A DNA stretch of 35,798 nucleotides from a virus (lineage: Duplodnaviria > Caudoviricetes): positions 1-35,798 of the IMG/VR virus record IMGVR_UViG_3300024251_000025; one strand, 5' to 3'. Made by a program: the position numbers and the translations under genes. Shown here one piece after another: positions 25,175-34,256 of this stretch (position 1 is its first letter; every line of letters starts with the position of its first letter). The notes below the pieces were generated by a model. The model made no database searches. It saw only the letters and a program-made list of their open reading frames with translations, and was not told the DNA's origin.

Positions 25175-26825
25175 GTGGGTCTCCCTCTAGGACTCCAGGT
25201 CGGAATATCTGTGAGAACGACACATCGTTGAAGGCATTGGCCAGGTACCTCCGTAGCTGGATCGGGTCCACCGCCGGGTCCTGAATCATCTGAGCGTACA
25301 TCCCCATAGCCTCTTGCTTCCGAGCCTGGAGACTCTTCACCGGGCTCTCGGAGAAGGAGATAGTATAGGAATACTCCCCCTTGAGCTGAGGGCCGACGAA
25401 GGTGAGCCAGGTTGGAACCCCGTCCGGGCCGAGTACGTCGATGACCCGTGGGGACCTCCAGAACTCAATCAGCATTGGGTTGATCTTGCAGAAGGCATCC
25501 ACGTAGAGGGATTCGATCCCACCGGCCCTCCTAGAGGTCCTGAGCTGTGAGTTCCGATCCACGATCCCCGCTTCCGTGGCAGAACGCCGCCCAGTCTGCT
25601 CGTACTCCCCGGCCTGGTTCCTCGACATCCCGATCACCTCACGAGAGTTCCTCCGGACCTGCTCAGCCTCCAGGTATATCTGGGGGTTCTGGCTCTGCTG
25701 GAATACCTTCACGACCTTGTCCAGGTCGAACCCGCCCTTGACCTTGACGGCAGCACCTACAGTCGCGGAGAGGAGCTTAACCAGCTCATGCTCATCTATC
25801 GAACCGTCTTGGAACAGGAGCTTCATGGTGTTCAGCCGACGCTGCTTGGTGGACTGGATGGTGATATCACTGAGTTCGTACTGGGCCTGGCGGAGATACG
25901 TCGCATCTGGGGTTCGCCAGATGGACCGTGCGGCTGGGGTGAACCCAATCTCCACGAAAGGTAGCCCATTGATCTGGAGGGCGTCATCCTCGTTCCGGAG
26001 GAACTCATCCCACCCGGTAGCTATGACAAAGACCTTACCCGTGCGACGGTCATGAATCTCGAAGAGCTCAATATACTCACTCTTGGTCTGTATATCCGTC
26101 GTTCGGGTGAGGGCTTCGCCCATACGGTAGGGGCGGACGAGGCTCAGGTAGGAGTTGACGAAATCCTCCATCGAGATATTCGGTTCCAGCCCGCTCTTGT
26201 TCTCATACTTGGGATCGGCCATGATGGAGTCGATGTGGCGGACGATCCGGTGAGCGATCCAGGGGCACCTCTCCAGGGTCAGGGTCCCCCACGGCACAAT
26301 GATATCGTGGGGGAGCACACTCTCTACCCAAGGCATCCCGGGCTTGGCCCCTCCGAATTCAATCCTGCGACCCTTCCTATCCATCTGGGTGAAGGACATC
26401 CCGAGCTTCCCGAGCTGAGGGACACTGACCTCATTATCCGGGCTCCACCCAAACTCGGAGTCGTACCCGATCTTCCAGAACCCCACCCCGTACAGGTAGG
26501 CTGAGAGAGTCGCGTGGGAGGCCTCTCTCCGCAGCTTGAGGTCGTAGATCAGCTTGTTATCAATTCGCTCCAAGACTCGTGCCCCCGTCGTCGCATCATA
26601 CCGGGTAGGCTCCAGGGAGACATATGGATACGGCACATTCAGGGTCGAGAGGAGCGAGTCCCCCGTACTCATAATGATATTCGGCCCGGAGTTATCCATG
26701 TTCTCCTTGACATTATAGAACATGGCTTCGTTATCCATCCAGGTCCCCTCCAACCCGTATTTAGACCGGAACTCGTATCCCTGGTTCAGCTCATCCATCC
26801 AGTCCTTGACGGTTAGGTCCTTCAC
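25053..26825 (-). CDS. portal protein
   Basis: 590 aa: GVGFWKIGY, PFV, RRSATEA, Q/G-rich tail. It precedes the scaffold and major capsid genes. Confidence 0.88.
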   Translation of the reverse strand: MKDLTVKDWMDELNQGYEFRSKYGLEGTWMDNEAMFYNVKENMDNSGPNIIMSTGDSLLSTLNVPYPYVSLEPTRYDATTGARVLERIDNKLIYDLKLRREASHATLSAYLYGVGFWKIGYDSEFGWSPDNEVSVPQLGKLGMSFTQMDRKGRRIEFGGAKPGMPWVESVLPHDIIVPWGTLTLERCPWIAHRIVRHIDSIMADPKYENKSGLEPNISMEDFVNSYLSLVRPYRMGEALTRTTDIQTKSEYIELFEIHDRRTGKVFVIATGWDEFLRNEDDALQINGLPFVEIGFTPAARSIWRTPDATYLRQAQYELSDITIQSTKQRRLNTMKLLFQDGSIDEHELVKLLSATVGAAVKVKGGFDLDKVVKVFQQSQNPQIYLEAEQVRRNSREVIGMSRNQAGEYEQTGRRSATEAGIVDRNSQLRTSRRAGGIESLYVDAFCKINPMLIEFWRSPRVIDVLGPDGVPTWLTFVGPQLKGEYSYTISFSESPVKSLQARKQEAMGMYAQMIQDPAVDPIQLRRYLANAFNDVSFSQIFRPGVLEGDPRAALQLQMQQQGVQEGGGGVSQDGGLPQGAAMQGLSGGPT

Positions 26826-26839
26826 CCTGGGCTCCTCCC

Positions 26840-27022
26840 TTAGTTCTTGATCAGGTCTCCAAACACCTTGTAGCCGAGGATGAAGAACAGGATGAACACG
26901 CTCAGCATCCCGCCGAATCGAGCTCGTCCTGCCCAGGGACCGTTGTCTCCTGGCCAGTACCCCACCCCATTGATCAGAACCGAAACCACAAAGATAATCC
27001 AGAACCAGTTTCCTGCACTCAT
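26840..27022 (-). CDS. small two-TM membrane protein (holin-like)
   Basis: Two hydrophobic helices in 60 aa, with an AAAGGA SD. Confidence 0.6.
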   Translation of the reverse strand: MSAGNWFWIIFVVSVLINGVGYWPGDNGPWAGRARFGGMLSVFILFFILGYKVFGDLIKN

Positions 27023-27345
27023 GGCATTCCTTTCTTTATCGCTCCGACGTGTTGAAGGAGCAGTTCCATTTTCGCGTTCAGGACCCGAACCTCCCCGGAC
27101 AGGTCAGCTAAGGCTCTCGTATCCTCCCGCCGTTCCAGCACCCTGGACTTGGAAACACTCTCCAACTCCATCAGCCGCTTCTCTGCGACTTCCTGAGTCA
27201 CCCTCAGTGTCGAGACATCCGTTTTCAGGTTCGCAAACGCCCAGAAGCCCGCGATCAGGACGATAAACAGTTGAATAAGGTCAGCAAAAGTCACCCAGTT
27301 CTTAATCCCACGTGCGATACCGCCATTCTCAATGCTTCCCATCAC
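27019..27345 (-). CDS. single-TM plus coiled-coil membrane protein
   Basis: LIQLFIVLIAGFWAFA followed by a heptad-rich helix. Confidence 0.6.
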   Translation of the reverse strand: MMGSIENGGIARGIKNWVTFADLIQLFIVLIAGFWAFANLKTDVSTLRVTQEVAEKRLMELESVSKSRVLERREDTRALADLSGEVRVLNAKMELLLQHVGAIKKGMP

Positions 27346-27596
27346 ATCCCTGCTTTCTCTTCTCGGTGCCCTTCAAGATTGCCCTTGGCCTGTTCGGCCT
27401 CAGAAACCGCTCGATAAGCCTTGCCCTCAACCACACCCTTCGCCCGCTCGTTCTCCCGCGTGGTCCTCAACAGCTCATCCATCCGGCTGTTGATCTGGGT
27501 GTGGGTTGCCCTTGTCTGGAGCAAGGTGAGATAGGCGATTACGGCATTGACTATCAGTCCTATCACCGCAACAGCAAATAGTTGGGTAGGGCTCAC
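27342..27596 (-). CDS. single-TM membrane protein
   Basis: N-terminal TM, then THTQINSRMDELL...AKG..EG. Confidence 0.6.
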   Translation of the reverse strand: MSPTQLFAVAVIGLIVNAVIAYLTLLQTRATHTQINSRMDELLRTTRENERAKGVVEGKAYRAVSEAEQAKGNLEGHREEKAGM

Positions 27597-27931
27597 TTGA
27601 TCCTCCCATCACCCGTCCCACTGATGACCTCCAAGACTGCCTTGGCGGTGTCGGGGGCAGGAGGCATGGGACCGCCATCCATTGTGCCCTGCATCCGAAT
27701 AATCTTGTTGGTGTCATCGCTCAGCACCTTGGCCTCTGCAGCCTTAATGGCCGCCGCTTGGGTGACCTGGGTGTTCTCGTTCAGCTTCTGGACGGTCTCC
27801 GCGTGCTGGAGCGTGGACTTCTTCCCCTGCCACCAGGCGTTGATGATAAGGACGATCCCACCACAGAGCACGGTTACGAAGGTCCCGAGTCCGGTCCAGT
27901 CTGTCCCGAGGGTTGGTTGTGTTGAGGCCAT
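27593..27931 (-). CDS. single-TM membrane protein
   Basis: TM segment GLGTFVTVLCGGIVLIINAWW followed by a helical region. Confidence 0.6.
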   Translation of the reverse strand: MASTQPTLGTDWTGLGTFVTVLCGGIVLIINAWWQGKKSTLQHAETVQKLNENTQVTQAAAIKAAEAKVLSDDTNKIIRMQGTMDGGPMPPAPDTAKAVLEVISGTGDGRIK

Positions 27932-28197
27932 CAGACCACCGCCTTTAGTGCGATCTTCCCAATCATGACGATACCCTGGATGATCTCGGCACCGACGCCG
28001 TGGGCCTTGGCCTCCTCAACGAGGAGACTCACCTGATTCTTAATCTCCCCCTCCGAGAGTTGAGGAGCCGGCTCCTGAGCCCCCGCGAAGTAGTCCGTGG
28101 GTTCCCACCCCTCAGCCTCCAGAACCTCCAGGGTCATGGGGGTACCCGCAGGCCACCCCTTATTAACCAGTGATTGTTTCGCCTCATCCAAAGTCAT
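27931..28197 (-). CDS. hypothetical protein with a C-terminal amphipathic helix
   Basis: GAAAGG SD. It ends IIQGIVMIGKIALKAVV. Confidence 0.55.
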   Translation of the reverse strand: MTLDEAKQSLVNKGWPAGTPMTLEVLEAEGWEPTDYFAGAQEPAPQLSEGEIKNQVSLLVEEAKAHGVGAEIIQGIVMIGKIALKAVV

Positions 28198-28694
28198 GGT
28201 GCACCTTTCGTGGTTGGGGACTGAGAATCCTTTGTTTCCATGTAGGTCTGGAGGAGCTCTAAGGCCGCATCTTCCGAGGCCTTGAGTGTCTCCGCGGTCG
28301 AGGCCTGGGACTTCCAGTACTCCTGGAGACCACCCAGTAGCTCCGCCGCGTTCAGGGCATTCTTGTTGGCCTGAACCACCCTAGCCCTGGCCTTCGCCGC
28401 CTCCTGCTCGATCCGAGCATAGTCCCTCAGCCTATTCTGCTCGATGATATTGATCGCCTGGACATCTGCTCGACCATCCGGCCCGGTGATGCTACGCAGG
28501 GCTCGGTTGATCCTCAGATCAGTCTCCACCCGCTGCTCCGCCACCTTGTTCCTGATCAGGGTCTCCACCAGGTCATTCATCTCCTTCTGGTACCAGAGAA
28601 GGGAGGTCTGGGCCTTGGCCGTGGTGGCTTGGGCCTGGTCGGTCGAGCCACACCCGGTGAGGGCGAGGGTTAGTACAAGTGCGAGGTACTTCAT
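28194..28694 (-). CDS. lipoprotein with a long coiled coil (spanin-like candidate)
   Basis: Signal peptide II MKYLALVLTLALTG-C and a TAGGAG SD. Confidence 0.7.
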   Translation of the reverse strand: MKYLALVLTLALTGCGSTDQAQATTAKAQTSLLWYQKEMNDLVETLIRNKVAEQRVETDLRINRALRSITGPDGRADVQAINIIEQNRLRDYARIEQEAAKARARVVQANKNALNAAELLGGLQEYWKSQASTAETLKASEDAALELLQTYMETKDSQSPTTKGAP

Positions 28695-28702
28695 ACGATC
28701 TC

Positions 28703-31015
28703 CTAAAGTTGAGGTAGGTGGGCCAAGAGCCCACCCCCGTCATCCCCTCCACCCGTACCCACAGCCCTCGTCGTATTCGTCACGGCCTGGGTTGAGAAGT
28801 TCGGGGCGAGGTTGCCGGCGAGGTCCTTGACCTTGTTGGTCCCGCCCGTGTAGCTGAGGGTCCCGCCCGAGTCCCCCGCGGCGAAGGGAACAGTCACAGG
28901 TATCTTTACGGTCTTGCCGCTCACAGTCACCGGGGTGGTCAGGGTCTTGACCGAGCTTGCGTAGTCCGTGTGAGCCGGAACACTCCCGGTATCCAGCAGC
29001 TCATCATACTTGACATAGATAAAACCCTTAGTCGCTCGTAGAGCCACCCTCACCGGCGGGGTAGTATCCGGGGCCTCACCAGTTGTTGTAGCACTAGCCG
29101 CGTTGCTGAATCCTGAATCCCCCGCTGCGTCCGTCGCCTTGACCTTGTACCAATACTCCGTCCCACTTACTGCTGTATCATCCGAGTAGACCGAATCCAG
29201 CACACCGGAGGCGATGAGGGAATAGCTACCCATTTCTGAGTCTGAGCGGTAAACCTTGGCACTAGCCTCGTAATCCGCCGTGTCCCAGGCGAGGTCCACC
29301 ACCCCATCCCCGCCCGTCGCCACGAGGTTCGCGGGGGCGGTGGGAACAACGTCAATCTCAAACACCGCCCGGCCAATGGCCCAGGTCGCCACGCTGTAAT
29401 CGTTGCCGGCTCCACGATCAGCCGCCCCCTGGTAGGGCATGTGCCAAGTGCGGAAAAGGAATCTCATCCACGGGGTGGCGGTGTGTTCCTTATCGAATGA
29501 TCCGGGGATGTTCGAGCGATCTAACGTCGGAACCGGTTCGGCGACGTAGGTGCCGTGAACTGTGTCACAGAACGCGAAGGTAATCACCCAGCGTGCAGTC
29601 GAAGCCTGAGCGTCCGATGTAGAGAGGGCAAGGAGGAATTTACCTCCGGGCAGGGCGACGAGCTGCCCACCCTCGATGTAGCCAGCATAGAAGCCCGCCC
29701 CAACACTCTTCTCGAAGAGAGTGGCCCCCGTCTCCGTCCAAGTGATGTTGTCAGAGGACACCGCCGCCCTGATGCTGTCGAGTACAACTCCGTCGCCCCG
29801 CCAAGCGTAGCCCCCCTTCCAATGCGTCGAGTCGATGCGAATGGAGAAAAGCTGGGTGTTGTAGGTCTCATCCACCCCAAGAGCCATGATGGGGTTTCCT
29901 ACATTCTTGGTGAACGTCAGGCCCTCATCCGTGCTCGTGGCAAGTCCGGTTCTCCCGTCCGATTCGTCGGGCTTGTATCCTGAGTAGGTACAATAGAGCT
30001 TGTTGCCATCCTCTGGGTTGAAGTGGATGCAGGGCGAGCGAGCCACCGATTCATCCCAATCGCCACTGGTCCCGTGAGACAGGACGACGCCGTCTTCTGT
30101 CCAATTGTCCAGATCATCAACCGAAGCGTGTGCCCGTCGAATCCTGCTCGTCTTGGCCACGCCGTCGTAGTCAATATAAAATCCAATGACCTTGGTCGGA
30201 TCGGCCAAGCTGCGTTCCCAGGAAAATTCGCCCGCGTTCAGCCCGTCATGAGCGGAGAGAAGTGCGGTCGTGTTCATCCGCGTCGGCGGCATCATCGCCC
30301 GCAAGCCTTCTGGTGTGTGCGTCCACCAGTTCGCCGGGTAAGTAATCGCCGGGGCGGCATTGCTGCTCGTGGTGCAGGCGGTGGGTGTTCCAACGATCCC
30401 CGTAACCACATCACGCATATGCTCGATGCGAATGAGCGGAGCGTAGAAGAGAAGATTAGTTGGATAATTAATGGGGCTGGCACCAGCAGCCAGGGCTGCG
30501 ATTGTCGTACCATCCTGAACCGCACCCCAGATCGCCCAATGTGTTTCATCGCAATCGGAGCCGGCGAACGGCTCATCTGTCTCGCGGCCGAACTGTAGGT
30601 TTGCCCCAGGCGTCCCAAAGGCCGTTGTTGCTCCTGTAGTCGTGATAGAGGTCGAGGCCACCACCACCCCATTGACGTACATCACCACGGTAGAGGGCTG
30701 GCTCCAGGTGATCGCAATGTGGTAGCGGGTGTTGGCGGTAAAGACCACATCATCGGAGTACCAAACCTCCAGATTGGCGACTGGCCCCGTCGCGTTGCCT
30801 ATGGCAAGGACCAGCCTTCCTGTGGCCAGGTTCCTAATCGTGAAAGTGATCTTGGTTGGGTGAGCTCCATCACCCCAGGACGAGAGTATCCCATTCGTCT
30901 CTGAGACATCCGTCGGCCGCCAATACCCAGCCCACGTCACCGCGGTTTTACCCGTGAGGAAGAGGGGCAAGCCGAAGTCGATCAGGGCGTTGGATGATGC
31001 GTCGAGAGTAATCAT
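28703..31015 (-). CDS. LamG-like lectin + five-bladed beta-propeller glycoside-hydrolase-like domain + Fn3 + Ig-like domain
   Basis: LamG segment YHIAITW...MYVNG. Propeller repeats WDES...SP, GLATSTDEGLTFTK..NP, SSDNITW, FDK..ATP, WHMPYQG. Fn3 PTAPANL...W...VYRS...YWYKVKA. C-terminal DTTPP...YDELL...DLAGN. Confidence 0.75.
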   Translation of the reverse strand: MITLDASSNALIDFGLPLFLTGKTAVTWAGYWRPTDVSETNGILSSWGDGAHPTKITFTIRNLATGRLVLAIGNATGPVANLEVWYSDDVVFTANTRYHIAITWSQPSTVVMYVNGVVVASTSITTTGATTAFGTPGANLQFGRETDEPFAGSDCDETHWAIWGAVQDGTTIAALAAGASPINYPTNLLFYAPLIRIEHMRDVVTGIVGTPTACTTSSNAAPAITYPANWWTHTPEGLRAMMPPTRMNTTALLSAHDGLNAGEFSWERSLADPTKVIGFYIDYDGVAKTSRIRRAHASVDDLDNWTEDGVVLSHGTSGDWDESVARSPCIHFNPEDGNKLYCTYSGYKPDESDGRTGLATSTDEGLTFTKNVGNPIMALGVDETYNTQLFSIRIDSTHWKGGYAWRGDGVVLDSIRAAVSSDNITWTETGATLFEKSVGAGFYAGYIEGGQLVALPGGKFLLALSTSDAQASTARWVITFAFCDTVHGTYVAEPVPTLDRSNIPGSFDKEHTATPWMRFLFRTWHMPYQGAADRGAGNDYSVATWAIGRAVFEIDVVPTAPANLVATGGDGVVDLAWDTADYEASAKVYRSDSEMGSYSLIASGVLDSVYSDDTAVSGTEYWYKVKATDAAGDSGFSNAASATTTGEAPDTTPPVRVALRATKGFIYVKYDELLDTGSVPAHTDYASSVKTLTTPVTVSGKTVKIPVTVPFAAGDSGGTLSYTGGTNKVKDLAGNLAPNFSTQAVTNTTRAVGTGGGDDGGGLLAHLPQL

Positions 31016-31024
31016 CTCAGGCTC

Positions 31025-31372
31025 CTACCGAAACCACTGGACGGCGATGTCGGCATCCCCGCTCAGGCTAAGGACCTTGACGAGGGGATCCCCCACGGCT
31101 GGGAGTCTCAGGAAACGGGTGCCGGCCTCATAGATACGGTGGGAACACAGGGTGGGATCGGGTGGGGGGTCCTCGACGGTCCCGACGGTAGCACAGACAT
31201 CCCCTGTATCCGGCTGGATACAGCACCACCGGGCCTTGGAGCAATCCTCCGATGCCTCGGACCCGATGAGCTCGGTAGGCGAATCATCCGCCACCGTTAT
31301 CACATCATCTGAGTGATCCACAGGAGGTCCCAGGACCAGACTCCCATCGAAGTTTGAGGACCGTTGTCCCAC
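31025..31372 (-). CDS. hypothetical protein (small beta-sandwich, probably virion-associated)
   Basis: GGAGG SD and GTG start, 115 aa. Confidence 0.6.
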   Translation of the reverse strand: MGQRSSNFDGSLVLGPPVDHSDDVITVADDSPTELIGSEASEDCSKARWCCIQPDTGDVCATVGTVEDPPPDPTLCSHRIYEAGTRFLRLPAVGDPLVKVLSLSGDADIAVQWFR

Positions 31373-31386
31373 GGGTCACCTCCACC

Positions 31387-32970
31387 TTAGTTAAAGACCA
31401 GGGGTCCTGGTCGCTCGTACACATCGAATATGATCCCGGCCTTCTTTTCCTCGGCCCGTTGGTCAAACTCCTCCAGCAGCCCATCCAGGGTGAAGAACCC
31501 TCGGGAGGAAGGCCTTAAACCTTCCTCTAGCCGACCGCTCACAGCCCAGAGGTCCAGCTGCATGGCCAGGGCATCTGCGAGATCGTCGTTACGACCGAGA
31601 GGGAAGACTTCGAGCTCTCCCATGAGCTCTCGCTGGGTGGGCCGGAAGGCGAGGGTTCCATTGTCGATGAGGGGCTGGAGGCCGATAATCCGGGCGTTTT
31701 TGGACCGACGGGAGTTCTGGATGGGCTCGACGTGGAAGAAGAAATTCTGATCGAGCTGGGCTTGGCGGAGGAGGTATAGAAGGGTTTTCTGGTAGGCGAT
31801 GGTCTCAACCCCCACGGTGAGAGTCCCCCACGTTCTGACTTGCCGGAAAATCTCATTAAGTAAGGTCCCCACCGAGCATTTAGCTCGCCAAGTATCCAGG
31901 ACATAAACCCTGCCCGACCTGAGGTCCTTCCCACACGTCACCACCGCATTATAATCCGGCTCCCCCTTCGAATCCTCCGGGTCACCCGCTGGGTCCACCG
32001 TGGTATAGGTCAGGAGGTGGGCGGGCTCCGTATCGTATTTCGAGAACCTCTCCTTGTCAAAGATCATGTCTTTGGATCGGAGGGGCTTATTCATGTAGAG
32101 GCAGGAGAACAGATACCGCCCCATCCGGGTCTCGATCTGCTCGATGATGGAGCGGGGGAAGCGTTCAGGAAAGGTGGGGTCACCGTCCTCATCTGGGTGG
32201 CCGTCCTTCTCCAGAATCGCCCGTTCATAAAGGAAGAACCACTTCTCGTTCTCCTTAATGTAGGAGATCAGGTCCTTCTCGAACCACCTGGTCCCGATCA
32301 CCAGCATCTCCGAGGTGGAGGGGTTATCTAGGAGGGGTAGGCACAGCTTGTGGAGACCAATCGCCCGGACGATATCGTCCTTCTGGGGGAGGATATTATC
32401 CTCCCCGACCTCAGACTTCTCGGGAGCGACGGTATCATCTTCAATGATTAGATCATAGTGACGTGAGGTAAGCTGAGTCCCAGTCCCTGCACACTCGAAG
32501 GTGCCCTCGGGATAGGTCTGAGGGCGTTTAAGGCATAGGGAGTCACTCCGCCAGCGACTCCCCGGTTCTGGGAGAACCTCGGGGAACAGTGCCCTGAGCA
32601 ACCCATTCGTGTCGAACTGCTGGCGAATCGTGGCGAGTTTGGCCTGAGCGTTCGTGAAGGTGTTCTGGCAGATGAGTATACGGATCGAGGGGTTTCTGAG
32701 GGCTCTCCAGATGGGGTAGCCTATGCTCGCCAGGGTGGTTTTGAACCAGCCTCTGGGGAGGACCACCAGCTTGTTCTTTTTAGTCCCGTCCTCCAGGAGC
32801 TTGCAGAGTGGGCGGTGGACTGAGCGGGTCATGTCCTTGTTTCCTAGGACCACCTTCAGGAAAAAGTAGAGGGACCCCAAGGACTTGGCTCGGAGGAACC
32901 CCACCATCTCGGGGGAGAGGGCCTCACCGGGCGGGTTGGTCTTGGGAGGTTGGAGGCAGGTGGAGGTCAC
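31387..32970 (-). CDS. terL: terminase large subunit
   Basis: Walker A LPRGWFKTT, Walker B LIIEDD, IGTRW...D, and RNase H-like nuclease motifs VDPA, DY, VETIAYQ, NDDLADA. Confidence 0.93.
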   Translation of the reverse strand: MTSTCLQPPKTNPPGEALSPEMVGFLRAKSLGSLYFFLKVVLGNKDMTRSVHRPLCKLLEDGTKKNKLVVLPRGWFKTTLASIGYPIWRALRNPSIRILICQNTFTNAQAKLATIRQQFDTNGLLRALFPEVLPEPGSRWRSDSLCLKRPQTYPEGTFECAGTGTQLTSRHYDLIIEDDTVAPEKSEVGEDNILPQKDDIVRAIGLHKLCLPLLDNPSTSEMLVIGTRWFEKDLISYIKENEKWFFLYERAILEKDGHPDEDGDPTFPERFPRSIIEQIETRMGRYLFSCLYMNKPLRSKDMIFDKERFSKYDTEPAHLLTYTTVDPAGDPEDSKGEPDYNAVVTCGKDLRSGRVYVLDTWRAKCSVGTLLNEIFRQVRTWGTLTVGVETIAYQKTLLYLLRQAQLDQNFFFHVEPIQNSRRSKNARIIGLQPLIDNGTLAFRPTQRELMGELEVFPLGRNDDLADALAMQLDLWAVSGRLEEGLRPSSRGFFTLDGLLEEFDQRAEEKKAGIIFDVYERPGPLVFN

Positions 32971-33167
32971 GCGTTGTCCCTCTGGAACAAGTGTTTATTC
33001 AGATGCTCTCGGATCAATGCAGTTATCTCCGAAGCATCTGGGCCAACAAAGACGAATACCGAGCAGAGAATCGAACCGTCCTTTATAAAATTTTTCTCAA
33101 AAACCTCGGACCCGGCCATTTCGGTCTCCCGAACCAAAAATTCGCAGGCTTCTTCTGTCGTATTCAT
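32967..33167 (-). CDS. hypothetical protein
   Basis: ATG 33167 (MNTTEE...) just after the upstream stop, with a GTGA overlap into terL. Confidence 0.5.
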   Translation of the reverse strand: MNTTEEACEFLVRETEMAGSEVFEKNFIKDGSILCSVFVFVGPDASEITALIREHLNKHLFQRDNA

Positions 33168-33175
33168 ATTTGGCT

Positions 33176-33388
33176 CTACTTGGCGATCACAGCTCTTACC
33201 GCACAATCTTTCGCCTCCAACAACTTGCGTAGAGCAACTGTCGTCTCTGCGTTCTGTGGGCCGGATGCGACTTGTTCAGCTAACTCACAGAATGGTCTAG
33301 ACACTAGTTGAAGGTTTACTGGGAGATGGTCGCATGAGAAGAATTGAAGAATTTGCTGAACGCTGGGATGTCTTGTTGCCTCTGGCAT
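33176..33388 (-). CDS. conserved small helical-hairpin phage protein (possible Acb2/Tad1-like nucleotide sponge)
   Basis: AAGGAG SD. ILQFF..DHLP..LQ.VS.PF.ELA...E.TVALRKLLEAKDCAVRA pattern. Confidence 0.7.
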   Translation of the reverse strand: MPEATRHPSVQQILQFFSCDHLPVNLQLVSRPFCELAEQVASGPQNAETTVALRKLLEAKDCAVRAVIAK

Positions 33389-33415
33389 ACGTCTCCTTAA
33401 AGAGGATAAATAGGC

Positions 33416-33910
33416 TTACGCAGCCTCCACGGCTCTGGGGGCGGGCTCGTCAGAGTCCTCCCGGAGGACCTGTTGGAGGATGGCGAGTTGCTCGATATTC
33501 AGAACCGTCACCTGAGTCCCACCCTTCCCAGCCTCCTGCGAGCCGAAGGCGAAATCCAGAACCTGCTTGCAGGCGTCCTTCGAGGTTTTCTCATCCACGG
33601 AGCTCAGGGCGATCTCAGCCAGGCGTTCGGCGGCTCCCAAGGAGGCTTCATTCAGGGTCTGCCGAGCCAGGTCCGTATGCAGCACCCTCACCCCATCCAC
33701 CTTGGCCTCGACCTCCCCACGCCTCCGGGCGATTTCCTCCTGCACTAGCTTCGAGCCCAGAACCAGGCCGATACCTTCTGGGGTCCTACCCATCAGCCTG
33801 GCTATATCCCTATGGCTCAGCCCATCAATCGCGAGCTCAATAATCTTCCGGTGGCCTGGGAGGAGCCTCTTCGGCTCCCACTTCCCTTGGAGTGTCTCAA
33901 GTTCGGTCAT
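33416..33910 (-). CDS. terminase small subunit (HTH)
   Basis: HTH GLSHRDIARLMGRTPEGIGLVL, a helical oligomerisation region and a C-terminal beta strand. First gene of the late operon, upstream of terL. Confidence 0.65.
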   Translation of the reverse strand: MTELETLQGKWEPKRLLPGHRKIIELAIDGLSHRDIARLMGRTPEGIGLVLGSKLVQEEIARRRGEVEAKVDGVRVLHTDLARQTLNEASLGAAERLAEIALSSVDEKTSKDACKQVLDFAFGSQEAGKGGTQVTVLNIEQLAILQQVLREDSDEPAPRAVEAA

Positions 33911-34028
33911 TTGAGGTGATCCTGCTAAGAGGTACGCCGTAGGCCGCCCTTCCCCACTCCCTATCGCCGCCAATCCATTATTCTACGTCTATGGGGGTAT
34001 GGAGGTATCCAGAAATTTCATGTGCATC

Positions 34029-34111
34029 AGGGGGTGGCCAATTGGGGTTTTTGGGGGGCCGCCTGGGGGAGGACCGGGGGGTTGGAGGGCGGGGGTTGGG
34101 CCGTCCTGGGG
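34029..34111 (+). other. G-run cluster (G-quadruplex-capable) between the late operon and the early promoters
   Basis: Multiple G3-G6 runs separated by short spacers. Confidence 0.55.
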
Positions 34112-34209
34112 ATAAAGGTATCCTCATATCCTCTTTGTCCTCATACACGAGTGTACTCTCACATGAGTGGGCCATATGATCCGGGTGCGAAAATTATTTT
34201 ATTTTGGTC

Positions 34210-34237
34210 TTGACATTGGACGATGATATGATATGGT
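34210..34237 (+). promoter_or_regulatory. sigma70-like early promoter
   Basis: TTGACA-16 nt-TATGGT, preceded by an A/T-rich UP-like element. Confidence 0.6.
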
Positions 34238-34256
34238 AGGGTAACTCATACAAAGG

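Noticed and set aside
33978-34213. Short Pro- or Gly-rich ORFs on both strands
   Set aside because: They are by-products of the G-run tract, with no SD or protein-like composition.
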